NCBI GenBank assembly: GCA_020048635.1
Contig: JAIFMF010000116.1
Coordinates: 1,825 to 65,824 of the forward strand
Source of the DNA: Desulfobacula sp.
GTDB lineage: Bacteria; Desulfobacterota; Desulfobacteria; Desulfobacterales; Desulfobacteraceae
DNA: 64,000 nt
Reading direction: 5' to 3'
The position numbers were made by a program, and so were the translations under genes. The number at the start of each line of letters is the position of its first letter. Position 1 is the stretch's first letter. Of the stretch, positions 20,558-30,961 are shown one piece after another. Below the pieces are notes generated by a model that searched no databases, was not told the origin of the DNA, and saw nothing but the letters and a program-made list of their open reading frames with translations.

Positions 20558-21769
20558 CTATTCATGACGCAGCGCTTCAATGGGATCAAGATGCGCTGCT
20601 TTTCTGGCTGGGAAATAACCAAAGACAACGCCTACTCCGGCGGAAAATACAAATGAAATCGCGACAATGCCGATGTTCAGGACAAACGGCACCTTGAGAG
20701 CGCCTGCGCCGGCCACAGAAGCTGCGATCCCGAGTATGATGCCGATAATGCCACCAAAGCAGGAAAGAACCACTGCCTCGATCAGAAACTGCATGAGGAC
20801 CTGCTTCTCCATGGCACCAATGGCAAGCCGGATGCCGATTTCACGGGTTCGTTCCGTAACCGAAACCAGCATGATGTTCATGATGCCGATGCCCCCGACA
20901 AGGAGGCTGACGGCGGCCACGGCACCCAGCAGAGTTGTCAGTAATTTTGTTGTGCCGGTCAGTGTTTTGACAATTTCCTGCATGTCCCTGACATTAAAAT
21001 CATCATCCTCGTTTTTTCCGGTTTGGCGTCGTTCCCGCATCAGCCGCTCAATATCCGTTTTTACCTTATCCGTTGAAACTCCATCCATGGCCGATACCGA
21101 TATCGAGCCGATATCCGTACTGCCTGCAATTCGCCGCTGGACAGTACGCAGCGGCATCAGCAAAAAATCATCCTGATCTGTTCCAAACCCGGATTGACCC
21201 TTGGGTTTCAATACCCCTATCACCTGGCAGGAAATTTTTACAACCCGGATGGTTCGCCCGATCGGGTCCTGGCCTTCAAAAAATTGTTTCCGGATGGTGT
21301 CGCCGATGATGCAGACTGCTGCTCCGGCTTTTAATTCCACATCATTAAATATTCTCCCGCCGGAGAGGACCCAGTTTCTGACATCAAGGTAATTATTGGT
21401 GCTCCCTGTAATCTGTGTAACATAGTTGTCATTTCCGTATATCACCTGAGCTGTCCGGCCGACGATGGGAGCAACACCGGCCAGCCCAAAGATTTCTCTT
21501 TCAATGGCATCTGCATCGGCAATTTTAAACATCGGGGCTCCTGAACGTGTTCCGCCCGGCCCCCGGAAACTCTGCCCCGGCCTTACATCCAGCAGATTGC
21601 TGCCAAGGCTCGATATCTCATTGGCCACCTGTTTTGTTGCGCCGTCTCCTACCGTCACCATGGTAATAACGGCAGCCACCCCGATGACAATACCCAGAAT
21701 GGTGAGAGATGAACGCATGACATTCCGCCTTATTTCACGCATGGCAATCAGGATGGTTTCAAAAAACAT
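20558..21769 (-). CDS. MacB-family ABC transporter permease
   Basis: RSSLTILGIVIGVAAVI, GGIGIMNIMLVSVTERTREIGIRLAIGA, PARKAAHLDPIEALRHE. Confidence 0.95.
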   Translation of the reverse strand: MFFETILIAMREIRRNVMRSSLTILGIVIGVAAVITMVTVGDGATKQVANEISSLGSNLLDVRPGQSFRGPGGTRSGAPMFKIADADAIEREIFGLAGVAPIVGRTAQVIYGNDNYVTQITGSTNNYLDVRNWVLSGGRIFNDVELKAGAAVCIIGDTIRKQFFEGQDPIGRTIRVVKISCQVIGVLKPKGQSGFGTDQDDFLLMPLRTVQRRIAGSTDIGSISVSAMDGVSTDKVKTDIERLMRERRQTGKNEDDDFNVRDMQEIVKTLTGTTKLLTTLLGAVAAVSLLVGGIGIMNIMLVSVTERTREIGIRLAIGAMEKQVLMQFLIEAVVLSCFGGIIGIILGIAASVAGAGALKVPFVLNIGIVAISFVFSAGVGVVFGYFPARKAAHLDPIEALRHE

Positions 21770-22488
21770 TATCGGCCCCCGTTTGATTCTTCGTTTTCAA
21801 TGAATCCGTCCCTGAAGCGGATAATTCTTTTTGCATAGGATGCCATCATCGCATCATGGGTCACCATCACCACTGTAAGTCCGCGGTCACGGTTGAAGGA
21901 CGTCAAGAGTTCCATGATTTCACGGCTGCGGGCTGAATCAAGATTTCCTGTGGGTTCATCGGCAAATAGAACTGAAGGATCAGTGACAATGGCGCGGGCA
22001 ATGGCAACCCGCTGTTGCTGACCGCCTGAAAGTTCCGCCGGGGTATGGGTTTCCCAGCCTGTAAGCCCCACGGATGCAAGGGCTTTTTTCGCCTTTTGAC
22101 TGCGCTCTTTTGCATGGGTTCCCCGATAAATCAGGGGAAGTTCAACATTCTCCAATGCAGAGGTTCGGTTTAAAAGATTGAATCCCTGGAACACAAATCC
22201 AAGATAGTGACGACGCAAAAGGGCGCGCTGGTCCCGTGAAAGCTGTCCAACATCAATGCCCATAAACCGGTATGAGCCGGAAGAAGGTGTATCCAGACAG
22301 CCCAGAATATTCATGCAGGTGGATTTGCCTGACCCGCTCGGGCCCATAACGGCAACAAAATCTCCATGTTCAATGGTCACATCGATGCCTTGGAGCGCAC
22401 TGACCTCTGCAGTCCCGGTTCCATAACGCCTGGTCACGCTATTCAGCTCGATCACCGGTCCGCTGTTTTCGGACGAGGCATGGGTCAT
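21769..22488 (-). CDS. MacB/LolD-family ABC ATP-binding protein
   Basis: GPSGSGKST, LSGGQQQRVAIARA, ADEPTGNLD, VTHD. Confidence 0.95.
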   Translation of the reverse strand: MTHASSENSGPVIELNSVTRRYGTGTAEVSALQGIDVTIEHGDFVAVMGPSGSGKSTCMNILGCLDTPSSGSYRFMGIDVGQLSRDQRALLRRHYLGFVFQGFNLLNRTSALENVELPLIYRGTHAKERSQKAKKALASVGLTGWETHTPAELSGGQQQRVAIARAIVTDPSVLFADEPTGNLDSARSREIMELLTSFNRDRGLTVVMVTHDAMMASYAKRIIRFRDGFIENEESNGGR

Positions 22489-23786
22489 CGCCCGTTCCTT
22501 ACAGTGTCTATAATCAGCACCATTCCCGGAGTGACCTCCTGGCTGGTAATGACAGTCATGATGCCGTCACTCTCTCCGGTTGTGACAGGAACTTCAACCG
22601 GCTGCCCTTCTTTCAGAGTCCAGAGTCTTGATTTTTTTTTGTCTGCTTTTGCAGATTCTTTCGGCTGGCTCGGAGGTCTTGACGGTCTCGGGAAAAGCTT
22701 CCCTATGATGCTGCTGTTTTTGGCTGACACTTCTTTTTCTTTCACCGGTGGAGTGTAGCGTAAAGCTGCATTGGGGACTAAAACAGCATTTTCAATTTTA
22801 TTCACCGTAATTTTTACGGTTGCGGTCATCCCGGGTCTGAGTAATAAATCCGGGTTGGAAACACTCAGGATGGCTTCGTAGGTAACCACGCCGCTGACTA
22901 TTTTTGACCCATATCGGACCTGGGTGATTTCTGCTGGAAAGGTGATCTCCGGATAGCCATCAACAGTAAAAGCAGCATGCTGTCCATTTTTCACACGGCT
23001 TACATCTGCTTCGTCTATGTCCACCGAGAGTTGCATCCGGGTCAGATCTTCCGCCAGTGTAAACAAAACCGGCGACTGAAGGGAAGCTGCAACGGTCTGG
23101 CCCGGTTCAATGGATCGCTTCAGCACGATCCCGTTGATGGGGGAATAGATAATGGTTCTTGATAAATCCGTTTCAAATGTCTTCAGCATTGCCTTTGCCT
23201 GTGACACCGACGCTTTTGCAGAAGTTTCGTCGGCCAGAGCGCGTGCGTTGGCTGCCTCTGCAGCATCAAGGTCGTGTTTGGACGGCACCTTGTTGCCGCT
23301 CAATTGCCTGGATTCCCTGATTCGCCCCAATTCATTGCCCGTCTCCCGGACCGTGGCCTGTATCTGTATGACTTTGGCCATGGCCGATTCAATGGATGCT
23401 TTGTATTGTTGGACCTGCGTCTCAAGCTTTACCGTATCAAGTCGTGCCAGGACCTGCCCGGTTTTAACCATATCGTTGAAGTCGGCTTCAACCGTTCTGA
23501 TGATCCCTGAAAGCTCGCTTCCGACATCCACCTGATTTGTGGGTTGCAGAGTTCCTGTGGCAGCTACGGTGACCACAAGGTTTCCTTTTTGCGCTGTTTC
23601 GGTTTTATATTCCAACTTGTCATTGTTTTTGTCCGTTCCCCATCGGACGGCAATCAATACTATGGCAACTGCCGGAATGAGCCAGACTGCCATGCGCAGG
23701 AATCGCCTGCTGCGGCCGGGACCCGCTCCTTTTGCTAAAATTTGCGCAATATCGACGTTTTTTTCGATCTTTAAGCTATTCATCAT
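22485..23786 (-). CDS. MacA-like periplasmic adaptor (efflux membrane fusion protein)
   Basis: ATGTLQPTNQVDVGSELSG, IYSPINGIVL, DIDEADV, LRPGMTA. Confidence 0.93.
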   Translation of the reverse strand: MMNSLKIEKNVDIAQILAKGAGPGRSRRFLRMAVWLIPAVAIVLIAVRWGTDKNNDKLEYKTETAQKGNLVVTVAATGTLQPTNQVDVGSELSGIIRTVEADFNDMVKTGQVLARLDTVKLETQVQQYKASIESAMAKVIQIQATVRETGNELGRIRESRQLSGNKVPSKHDLDAAEAANARALADETSAKASVSQAKAMLKTFETDLSRTIIYSPINGIVLKRSIEPGQTVAASLQSPVLFTLAEDLTRMQLSVDIDEADVSRVKNGQHAAFTVDGYPEITFPAEITQVRYGSKIVSGVVTYEAILSVSNPDLLLRPGMTATVKITVNKIENAVLVPNAALRYTPPVKEKEVSAKNSSIIGKLFPRPSRPPSQPKESAKADKKKSRLWTLKEGQPVEVPVTTGESDGIMTVITSQEVTPGMVLIIDTVRNGR

Positions 23787-23810
23787 GGTTTTATTCCTGT
23801 TCTTTAAGGC

Positions 23811-25268
23811 TTAAGTCCCGGTATGGCCAGCAGCCAATGAGGTCCAGCCTCCACCGAGCGCTTTATACAGTCGCACGAGACTGGATATAATATTCCCTTC
23901 GCACTGAATCAGATTGTCTTCAAAGGATAAAAGTGATCTCTGGGCATCCAGCACCCCTGTAAAATCAATCATCCCGGCCTGATACTGGTTCTGAGCCAGA
24001 TCAACGGCCCGCATGGCAGCTTGTTTCGCCTCGTTCAAGCTCTGCTTGCGGTTTTGTTCCTCCATATACACTGTCAGTTGATTTTCAACTTCACTCAGGG
24101 CATTAAGAACAGCCAATTCATATTTACCGAGCAATTCTTCCTCAAGAGCAGACTGAACTTCAATATTATTTCGTATGGAACCTGCTCTGAAAATCGGCCA
24201 TGTGATTCGAGGCCCGAAACCATAGCTCCTGCTATGCGCTAAAAATAATTTATCCGGATCAAGCGCTTCAAACCCGATGGAACCGGTAAAGCTCAGCTTT
24301 GGATAGAGATCTGCAACGGCTGCCCCGATTCTTGCGGTCTGTGCGGCAAGTTTTTTTTCCGCACGTCGTATATCAGGCCTTTGCCGCAGCACATCTGCCG
24401 GCACGCCCACTGCAATCTCCAGAGGACATACCGGAACAGGACCAGTCTCCTTTAGCGCACCATGAACTGAACCGGGATTTTCCCCCAGAAGCACTGAGAT
24501 ACGATTTTTTGCTTCCTCAAGAGATATTTTTAGCCCAGGGATCTGTGAACGGGTATTTTCAAGGTTATATTTTGCCTGCTGTATCGCAATTCCATTGGAT
24601 AAGCCTGAAGTGTAAAGTGATTGAGCCATTTGATACGTCTGATCCTGAATGGCAAGATTTTTTTCAACCATTTCCATCCTGGCCTGAAAGGTCCGGACTT
24701 CCGTATAGTTTAATGCAATTTCGGCAAGAAGGGAGACAAGAATATCCCGCAAATCTTCCTCACTTGCCTGAAGCTCTGCAGATGCAGCCTCAACAGATCG
24801 CCGGGTGCCTCCGAAAAGATCCAGTTCCCAGCTTGCATCAAAATCAGCCGAATATAAATCAGTCTCTTTTCCACTTCCTGTTTCTTTACTGCTTCCACTT
24901 TTTCTAAAGGAACCGGATGCATCAAGAGTCGGGAATAGTCCGGCCTTGCTGATGTTCCATCGAGCCCGCTCTTCGCGAATCCTGGCCCTTGCCTGACCGA
25001 TATCCTTATTATTGACAATTGCCTTTTCCATAAGATCCGACAGTATTGGATCATTCAGGGTCGACCACCATTTTGCAAGAATCTCCGGAGCAGGCGCCTG
25101 CTTTGAAACCCCACCCATTGGGTTGCCATGCCATGACCCAGGAACTTTTTTTTCAGGGGGAACATAATCAGGCCCGACAGTGGTGCAACTAAAGAAAGCG
25201 AGGGTTGCCAGCATAGGGATTATCCATGGAATCATCTTCCATATATCTGTTTTGTTAAAACAATTCAT
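23811..25268 (-). CDS. NodT/TolC-family outer-membrane efflux lipoprotein
   Basis: FSCTTVGPDY, WWSTLNDPILSDL, WELDLFG, RRPDI-like QRPDIRRAE, LYKALGGGW. Confidence 0.95.
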   Translation of the reverse strand: MNCFNKTDIWKMIPWIIPMLATLAFFSCTTVGPDYVPPEKKVPGSWHGNPMGGVSKQAPAPEILAKWWSTLNDPILSDLMEKAIVNNKDIGQARARIREERARWNISKAGLFPTLDASGSFRKSGSSKETGSGKETDLYSADFDASWELDLFGGTRRSVEAASAELQASEEDLRDILVSLLAEIALNYTEVRTFQARMEMVEKNLAIQDQTYQMAQSLYTSGLSNGIAIQQAKYNLENTRSQIPGLKISLEEAKNRISVLLGENPGSVHGALKETGPVPVCPLEIAVGVPADVLRQRPDIRRAEKKLAAQTARIGAAVADLYPKLSFTGSIGFEALDPDKLFLAHSRSYGFGPRITWPIFRAGSIRNNIEVQSALEEELLGKYELAVLNALSEVENQLTVYMEEQNRKQSLNEAKQAAMRAVDLAQNQYQAGMIDFTGVLDAQRSLLSFEDNLIQCEGNIISSLVRLYKALGGGWTSLAAGHTGT

Positions 25269-25471
25269 TCAAGTCATCAGAAACCGGTTATTTTTTTTAT
25301 ATCCACGTTGTATATTAGGATTGGTTAATGATTCTTGTCAATGAAATCATAAATGAAAAAAAGGGCGTTACGATAAGAATCCTCTTTCAACATCATGTGG
25401 TTTATTATAAATTACTGTCGGATAAAAATGAAAGAACGCCATCGATATCAGGCTAAAAAGGAATAAAAAAA

Positions 25472-25993
25472 ATGAAAAAGAACAGAGCAGCACTATTGGC
25501 AATTATCGGAATCATCTTGGTTTCAATGCTTTTTTTTGCCTGTGGAAGAACAGCCTCACGGCTGGGAGGCAAAGACCATCGACAAGTGTTGAAGGTTGAA
25601 AATTTTAAAGAATTTGTCAGCCTCAGCTTTGACAAACGAGGCAGTTCGACGGTTAAGGATGTTACGTTCCTCGCCACAGACGGGTTTGTGTATACCCAGG
25701 AATTTATGGATGTCAGTCCGTTTGAGGGTGTTATCCGCTGGGTTCCGAACGGTAAGGGGGATGATTTCATTCAATCGCGTGCTATTTCCCGATGGACCGG
25801 GAATGCGGTTAATTTAGAGCTTCCTGAAGATTGTGCCCGGATACTGGGTGTTGATATTGGCTATACGTCGAAAGATGAACGGATCAAAAACTTAACCTAT
25901 CTTTCCACTAACGGGGCTATTTATTCCAAAGAATATCGTGAGGGTTTGATTGATCGTTCATTTGAAGGCTGGCTTGAGGTCAAGGCAAAATAA
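25472..25993 (+). CDS. Lipoprotein of unknown function with an internal tandem domain duplication
   Basis: Lipobox FFAC; repeats VKDVTFLATDGFVYTQEF..SPFEG and IKNLTYLSTNGAIYSKEY..RSFEG. Confidence 0.7.
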   Translation: MKKNRAALLAIIGIILVSMLFFACGRTASRLGGKDHRQVLKVENFKEFVSLSFDKRGSSTVKDVTFLATDGFVYTQEFMDVSPFEGVIRWVPNGKGDDFIQSRAISRWTGNAVNLELPEDCARILGVDIGYTSKDERIKNLTYLSTNGAIYSKEYREGLIDRSFEGWLEVKAK

Positions 25994-26001
25994 TTTAATT
26001 T

Positions 26002-26703
26002 TCAGTTTTCCTGTTCCTTAGCGCCGTTTTTGAACAGCCACCATCCTGACAGCCCGCTGACTGAAATCAGGATGAGAAAAAGAAAGGCGGGAATGGCAAA
26101 TTCAACCGACAGCAGATCACTGAGCGATTCCATCTGAACGATGGATTCCGCAGCATAACAGGTTATGGCCACTCCTGGTATAATGCCGAGCAGGGACCCT
26201 GCAAAATATCTGGGAAAGGTGACGCGTGTTACGGCAATGGCCCAGTTGAGTGGAGGGGCCATGAAAAGTGCTATCCGAAGTATCAGTACTGTCTGGAACC
26301 CCTTTTCAGTGAGAAATCCGTCCATGTTCCGAAAATATGAAAATCGATGTGCTACGGAATTTTGAAAAACATCCTGGAGAAAATAGCGAACAAAGAGAAA
26401 CGTACATGTTGACCCTATGAGCGCGCCGGCCCAGCCGTAGAAAAAACCTTCAATACCGCCGAACAGCAGGGCGCCGATTGCGATCATGATTATTTCGGGA
26501 AGATGCAGGATAACCGCTATGATGCAGACAAAAATGAAGGCAAGGGGGCCAAGAGGGCCAAACATGCCGACCCATAAGCGGATTTCTTCCATACCCATAA
26601 GCCGCCTGAAATCAAACTGCCGGTAGAGAAATGCTGTAATGGCGATGATGAATAGTCCTACCATTAAACGGCCGTATTTTTTAAAAATTGATTTAAATGC
26701 CAT
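26002..26703 (-). CDS. TVP38/TMEM64 (VTT/DedA superfamily) membrane protein
   Basis: GALLFG...YGWAGALIGS...RYF, LILRI..FMAPP.NWA..VTRV.F..YF.GS.LGIIPG. Confidence 0.9.
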   Translation of the reverse strand: MAFKSIFKKYGRLMVGLFIIAITAFLYRQFDFRRLMGMEEIRLWVGMFGPLGPLAFIFVCIIAVILHLPEIIMIAIGALLFGGIEGFFYGWAGALIGSTCTFLFVRYFLQDVFQNSVAHRFSYFRNMDGFLTEKGFQTVLILRIALFMAPPLNWAIAVTRVTFPRYFAGSLLGIIPGVAITCYAAESIVQMESLSDLLSVEFAIPAFLFLILISVSGLSGWWLFKNGAKEQEN

Positions 26704-26858
26704 ACCGCACCATAAATGCTATTGAGAAAAAATTCAAGCGTCAGCAATTAAGGAATCAATTTTTGGTTTTAAATCTCCATGTCTTGCATTCATGTTATCC
26801 GTACGCATACTTGAGTAAACTGTGAACACTTGAACAACCTATAACAGGAGGGAAGAAC

Positions 26859-27953
26859 ATGAAGATTAATAATTTGTTTGAATCTGTTTTAATGGGAGAT
26901 CTGAAACTTAAAAACAGGATCGCCATGGCGCCAATGACCCGGGGCCGTGCCGGTGATACAAGAGTGCCCAACGACCTGATGGCAGAGTATTATTTTCAAA
27001 GAGCTTCTGCCGGATTATTGATTACAGAAGCAACCGTCATATCTGAACAGGGAATCGGCTGGATCGGGTCCCCCGGGATTTATACGGATAAGATGGTTGA
27101 AGGATGGAAAAAAGTAACGGAAAAGGTTAAACCCACAGAATCATTCCTGTTTCTCCAGCTCTGGCATTGCGGCAGGGCGTCTCATAGCGATTTTCATAAG
27201 GGTGAGCTACCGGTTTCCGCTTCAGCCTTAAAGATCAATGACGATGGCGGTATCTACACGCCCATGGGCAAAAAAGAATTTGAAGTGCCAAGAGCTCTGA
27301 CGGTTGATGAAATCAAGGATATTGTCAAGGATTTTAGAAAAGCTGCTGAAAATGCAAAAAAAGCAGGGTTTACAGGTGTGGAAGTCCATGCAGCCAACGG
27401 TTATCTGATCAACCAGTTCCTGGATTCAAAAACCAATCTGAGAAAAGACGACTATGGTGGTAGTCTTGAGAACAAGTTCAGGCTTTTAAAAGAAGTGCTG
27501 AATGCTGTTCTGGAAGTTTACCCATCGAACAGGGTAGCGGTCCGCCTTTCGCCCAACGGCGTATTCCATGATATGGGGAGCCCTGATTTCAGGGAAACCT
27601 ATCTGTATGTGGTTAAAGAATTGGATAAGCTGAATCTGGCATACCTGCACATCATGGACGGCCTTGCCTTCGGTTTTCATGGAAATGGCGAGCCCATGAC
27701 CCTGTCTGAGTTCAGAACGGTGTATAAGGGCTTCATCATGGGCAATTGCGGGTATACAAAAGAATCGGCTGAGGATAGAATTGTAAAAGGAGAGGCGGAT
27801 CTTGCCGCATTCGGCCGCCCGTTTATTTCCAATCCAGACCTGCCATTGCGGTTTGAGAACAATTGGCCGTTGACGCCTTTTGATGATATGACATACTGGT
27901 ACACCCATGGGGAAGAGGGATACGCGGATTACAAGCCGTTTGATCCGTCATGA
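26859..27953 (+). CDS. nemA: Old-yellow-enzyme alkene reductase (NemA-like)
   Basis: MAPMTRGRA, LQLWHCGRASH, EVHAANGYLINQF, RLSP, FGRPFISNPDL. Confidence 0.9.
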   Translation: MKINNLFESVLMGDLKLKNRIAMAPMTRGRAGDTRVPNDLMAEYYFQRASAGLLITEATVISEQGIGWIGSPGIYTDKMVEGWKKVTEKVKPTESFLFLQLWHCGRASHSDFHKGELPVSASALKINDDGGIYTPMGKKEFEVPRALTVDEIKDIVKDFRKAAENAKKAGFTGVEVHAANGYLINQFLDSKTNLRKDDYGGSLENKFRLLKEVLNAVLEVYPSNRVAVRLSPNGVFHDMGSPDFRETYLYVVKELDKLNLAYLHIMDGLAFGFHGNGEPMTLSEFRTVYKGFIMGNCGYTKESAEDRIVKGEADLAAFGRPFISNPDLPLRFENNWPLTPFDDMTYWYTHGEEGYADYKPFDPS

Positions 27954-28018
27954 CCCGGAATAGGTTTTTTCCCGCTGAAAAAATCGCTTGACAAAGCCCG
28001 GGAAATATTCAATACGGC

Positions 28019-28028
28019 TTGTATACAA
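28019..28028. promoter_or_regulatory. Probable GntR/FadR-type operator, perfect palindrome TTGTATACAA
   Basis: Palindrome 43 bp upstream of the gntR start and downstream of a TTGACA hexamer (27988-27993); fits the TNGT-N-ACNA pattern of FadR-type sites. Confidence 0.6.
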
Positions 28029-28071
28029 ATTGATTTTAATTTGATTTTTTTCTGATTTTCAGAGAGCGGGA

Positions 28072-28746
28072 ATGGAAAAAAAACCTTTAAAGGAAAAAGT
28101 CTACAAAGCCCTCCGGCAAGATATCCTGACCGGAAAAATTCCGGGGGGCACCCATACAACGGCATCCAGTCTCGCAAGGCACCTGAATATCAGCCGGACA
28201 CCCGTAAAAGAAGCCTTGCAGCGACTGACCCAGGAAAGGCTCATCACATCCCTGCCCAGGGCCGGATATATCATTGAAACCCTGTCGGATGAAGATATCC
28301 AGGACCTTTTTACAGCCCGCTTTGAAATCGAGGCCCTTGCCATAAGAAAAGCTGCCCGGTTTGTCACTGTGGATGAACTCAAGATGCTGGGGGATAATAT
28401 CGACAAAGCAAAGGCCTGCATCAAATCCGGAGAACTCCAGAAGATGACCGAGCTTGATCTTGAGTTTCATACGGTTCTCTATAAAGCATCCCGCAGCAAA
28501 ACATATTACAGGATCTGTAAAAATCTAGGCGACCTGACAATGAAATACCGTCACGGCTTAAACCTTGTCAGGGATCTCTGGAAAGAGGCCATTGAGAATC
28601 ATACCATCATTTATCAGGCCCTTCTTGCAAAGGATGAAGAAAAGGCTTTTCAGGCCATCACAGACCATGGACAGCAGGCCATTGCTCAATTGCTGGATAT
28701 CATGAAAAAAATCAGGTCTGATTCTTTTTTTAAGGAAGAAATATAA
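28072..28746 (+). CDS. GntR (FCD/FadR) family transcriptional regulator
   Basis: wHTH LARHLNISRTPVKEALQRL; FCD domain DLEFH...EAIENHT.I..AL. Confidence 0.92.
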   Translation: MEKKPLKEKVYKALRQDILTGKIPGGTHTTASSLARHLNISRTPVKEALQRLTQERLITSLPRAGYIIETLSDEDIQDLFTARFEIEALAIRKAARFVTVDELKMLGDNIDKAKACIKSGELQKMTELDLEFHTVLYKASRSKTYYRICKNLGDLTMKYRHGLNLVRDLWKEAIENHTIIYQALLAKDEEKAFQAITDHGQQAIAQLLDIMKKIRSDSFFKEEI

Positions 28747-28797
28747 AAATGAAAAAGGGGTGTTTCATTATTTTTTATTAACCAGGAGGGGGAAAAG

Positions 28798-29952
28798 ATG
28801 AAAAAATTATTTGTTCTGCTGTTTGTCGCGCTGTTGTTGTCCTTGGGTCAGACAGCGATGGCCAATGATGTGTCAAAGGGAATCAAGGTGGGAAATGCAG
28901 GGTCGTTTACAGGGGATGCGGCTGCACCCTGTATGGAGATTTATAATTCTGCTCAGATCGCCATTGATGAATGGAATGCAAAGGGTGGCATCAAGGGGCA
29001 GAAGATCGAGCAGGTCATGGGGGATGATGCCCTTGACCCGGCCCAGGGGATCACTGTGGCAAGAAAATTTACGTCCGACGATCTGATTTACGGCGTTGTG
29101 GGACCACCGGTCAGCCATATTGCCCAGGCTTCTTTGAACATTTACGGTGAAGCTGGTCTTGCCTGCATTACAACGGCTGCATCCAAGCCTGAATTGACGG
29201 AATCTCCATTCAAACATTTTTTCAGGGTCAATGCGAGAAACGATGCCCATGGCTTGAATTGTGCACTTTTTATTAAAAACAATTTAAAGGCCAAAAAAGT
29301 GGCAGTGCTCAATGAAAAGGTGGCCTATTGTGAAAATTTGGCCCAGAAGACCATTGAGGAATTAAAGAAGCTCGGCATCAAAGATATTATGAATGATACC
29401 ATTGTGGCCGGTTCCAAGGATTATTCCGCTGTTCTGACAAAGGTGAAAGCCTATAAACCCGATGTGCTTTTCTTTGTGGCCACAGCTGCTCCGGATCAGG
29501 CCATTGGGGTTCGCCAGGCAAAAGAACTCGGCATTAAAGCTGTTTTCTTTGGAACTGAAGGGGCCAGGGATAAAAAAGATTTTATTGAAGCCTCGGAAGG
29601 TGCGGCTGAGGGTGCCTATGTCTATCATTTCAGCCCGGATATCTATGCCATTAAGGAAGCTGCTCCCTATGTAAAGGCCTATGAAACCAAATACGGTTCT
29701 TTGAGCGGGTTCGGACCACCAGCCTATGAGGCCATGAATATTCTTTTAACCGCCATTGACCAGGCTGCAAAAGACGGCGATATTTCACGCAAGGAAGTAA
29801 TGACAAATCTTTCCGCCGTCAAGAATTACAAGGGCATATTGGGATTCCCGGTCAGTTTTGATGCAAAAGGGGATCTGCTTGGCGGGGCCACCTATATTTT
29901 TAAAGTCAAAGGAAAAGAGTTTGAACAGGTTGCCATCTTGACGGGAAAATAA
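28798..29952 (+). CDS. Branched-chain amino-acid-type ABC substrate-binding protein
   Basis: Signal peptide; AIDEWNAKGGIKG, DDALDP, FFRVNARND, YEAMNIL. Confidence 0.9.
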   Translation: MKKLFVLLFVALLLSLGQTAMANDVSKGIKVGNAGSFTGDAAAPCMEIYNSAQIAIDEWNAKGGIKGQKIEQVMGDDALDPAQGITVARKFTSDDLIYGVVGPPVSHIAQASLNIYGEAGLACITTAASKPELTESPFKHFFRVNARNDAHGLNCALFIKNNLKAKKVAVLNEKVAYCENLAQKTIEELKKLGIKDIMNDTIVAGSKDYSAVLTKVKAYKPDVLFFVATAAPDQAIGVRQAKELGIKAVFFGTEGARDKKDFIEASEGAAEGAYVYHFSPDIYAIKEAAPYVKAYETKYGSLSGFGPPAYEAMNILLTAIDQAAKDGDISRKEVMTNLSAVKNYKGILGFPVSFDAKGDLLGGATYIFKVKGKEFEQVAILTGK

Positions 29953-29986
29953 GATAGCGAAAATTTCAATATTTTAAAAAGGGTCA

Positions 29987-30019
29987 AAACCGGGACAGGG
30001 GAAAAACCTGCCCCGGTTT
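29987..30019 (+). other. Intergenic stem-loop after the SBP gene (mRNA stabiliser or attenuator)
   Basis: AAACCGGGACAGG-GGAAAAA-CCTGCCCCGGTTT: 13-bp stem with one mismatch and no long U tract. Confidence 0.5.
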
Positions 30020-30028
30020 GAAAAACAA

Positions 30029-30961
30029 ATGGAAGATATTTTCGGTCAGCTTTCCCAGCAGGCCATCAACGGCATTACCATCGGCGGTGTGTATGCCCTG
30101 ATCGCCATTGGATACACCATGGTTTACGGTGTGCTTTCCATGCTCAATTTCGCCCATGGTGAACTCTATATGATGGGCGGGTTTACCGGGTGGTGGGTGC
30201 TGCAATTTTTTTCAAGTAAGCATCAACCGGTTATGAATGCCGCCATCCTCATTTCTTTGATGATTCTTGCGGCAATGGCAGTGTCTGCCATTCTTGGGCT
30301 TGTCATTGAAAGAGTAGCCTACAGGCCTCTGCGAAAAGCCCCCCGGATGAATCTTCTGCTCAGTTCGCTCGGGGTGTCTATTTTTATCCAGAATTTTATC
30401 CTCTATACCCAGGGCGCCAAGGTAAAGGTATTCCAGGTTTCCAACCTGATCCCGGAAGGCCTTCGGACCTTCCATGTGGGTGACACGGTGATTTCCTTTA
30501 TGCGGATTTTCGTCATCGGAGTCTGTTTTGTCCTGATGCTGCTTCTCACCTTTGTCATTAAAAAAACCAATATCGGTAAATCCATCCGGGCCACGGCCCA
30601 GGATATTGAAGCTGCCGCCTTCATGGGCATTGATACGGACAGGATCATCGTCATTGTCTTTCTGATCGGGTCAGCCCTTGGAGGAGCGGCCGGTATTCTT
30701 GTCAGCCTTTTGTTTACCCAGGTGGATTATTATGTGGGATTCCAGGCAGGCCTCAAAGGGTTTACGGCAGCTGTGTTGGGGGGGATCGGCAGCATTCCGG
30801 GAGCCATGGCCGGCGGCCTTTTGCTCGGGCTGTGTGAAGCCATGGCAGTGACGTTTTTTCCGTCTGCGTATAAAGATGTGGTGGCCTTTATCATTCTGAT
30901 TGCCGTCCTTATATTCAGGCCCCAGGGGCTCATGGGAGAAAAAATCCGTGAAAAGGTCTGA
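30029..30961 (+). CDS. livH: LivH-type ABC permease
   Basis: NGITIGGVYALIAIGYTMVYG..NFAHGE, GKSIRATAQD, GLKGFTAAVLGGIGS. Confidence 0.92.
   Translation: MEDIFGQLSQQAINGITIGGVYALIAIGYTMVYGVLSMLNFAHGELYMMGGFTGWWVLQFFSSKHQPVMNAAILISLMILAAMAVSAILGLVIERVAYRPLRKAPRMNLLLSSLGVSIFIQNFILYTQGAKVKVFQVSNLIPEGLRTFHVGDTVISFMRIFVIGVCFVLMLLLTFVIKKTNIGKSIRATAQDIEAAAFMGIDTDRIIVIVFLIGSALGGAAGILVSLLFTQVDYYVGFQAGLKGFTAAVLGGIGSIPGAMAGGLLLGLCEAMAVTFFPSAYKDVVAFIILIAVLIFRPQGLMGEKIREKV

Noticed and set aside
24299-24907. 202-aa plus-strand ORF
   Set aside because: Antisense to the TolC-family gene; no motifs.
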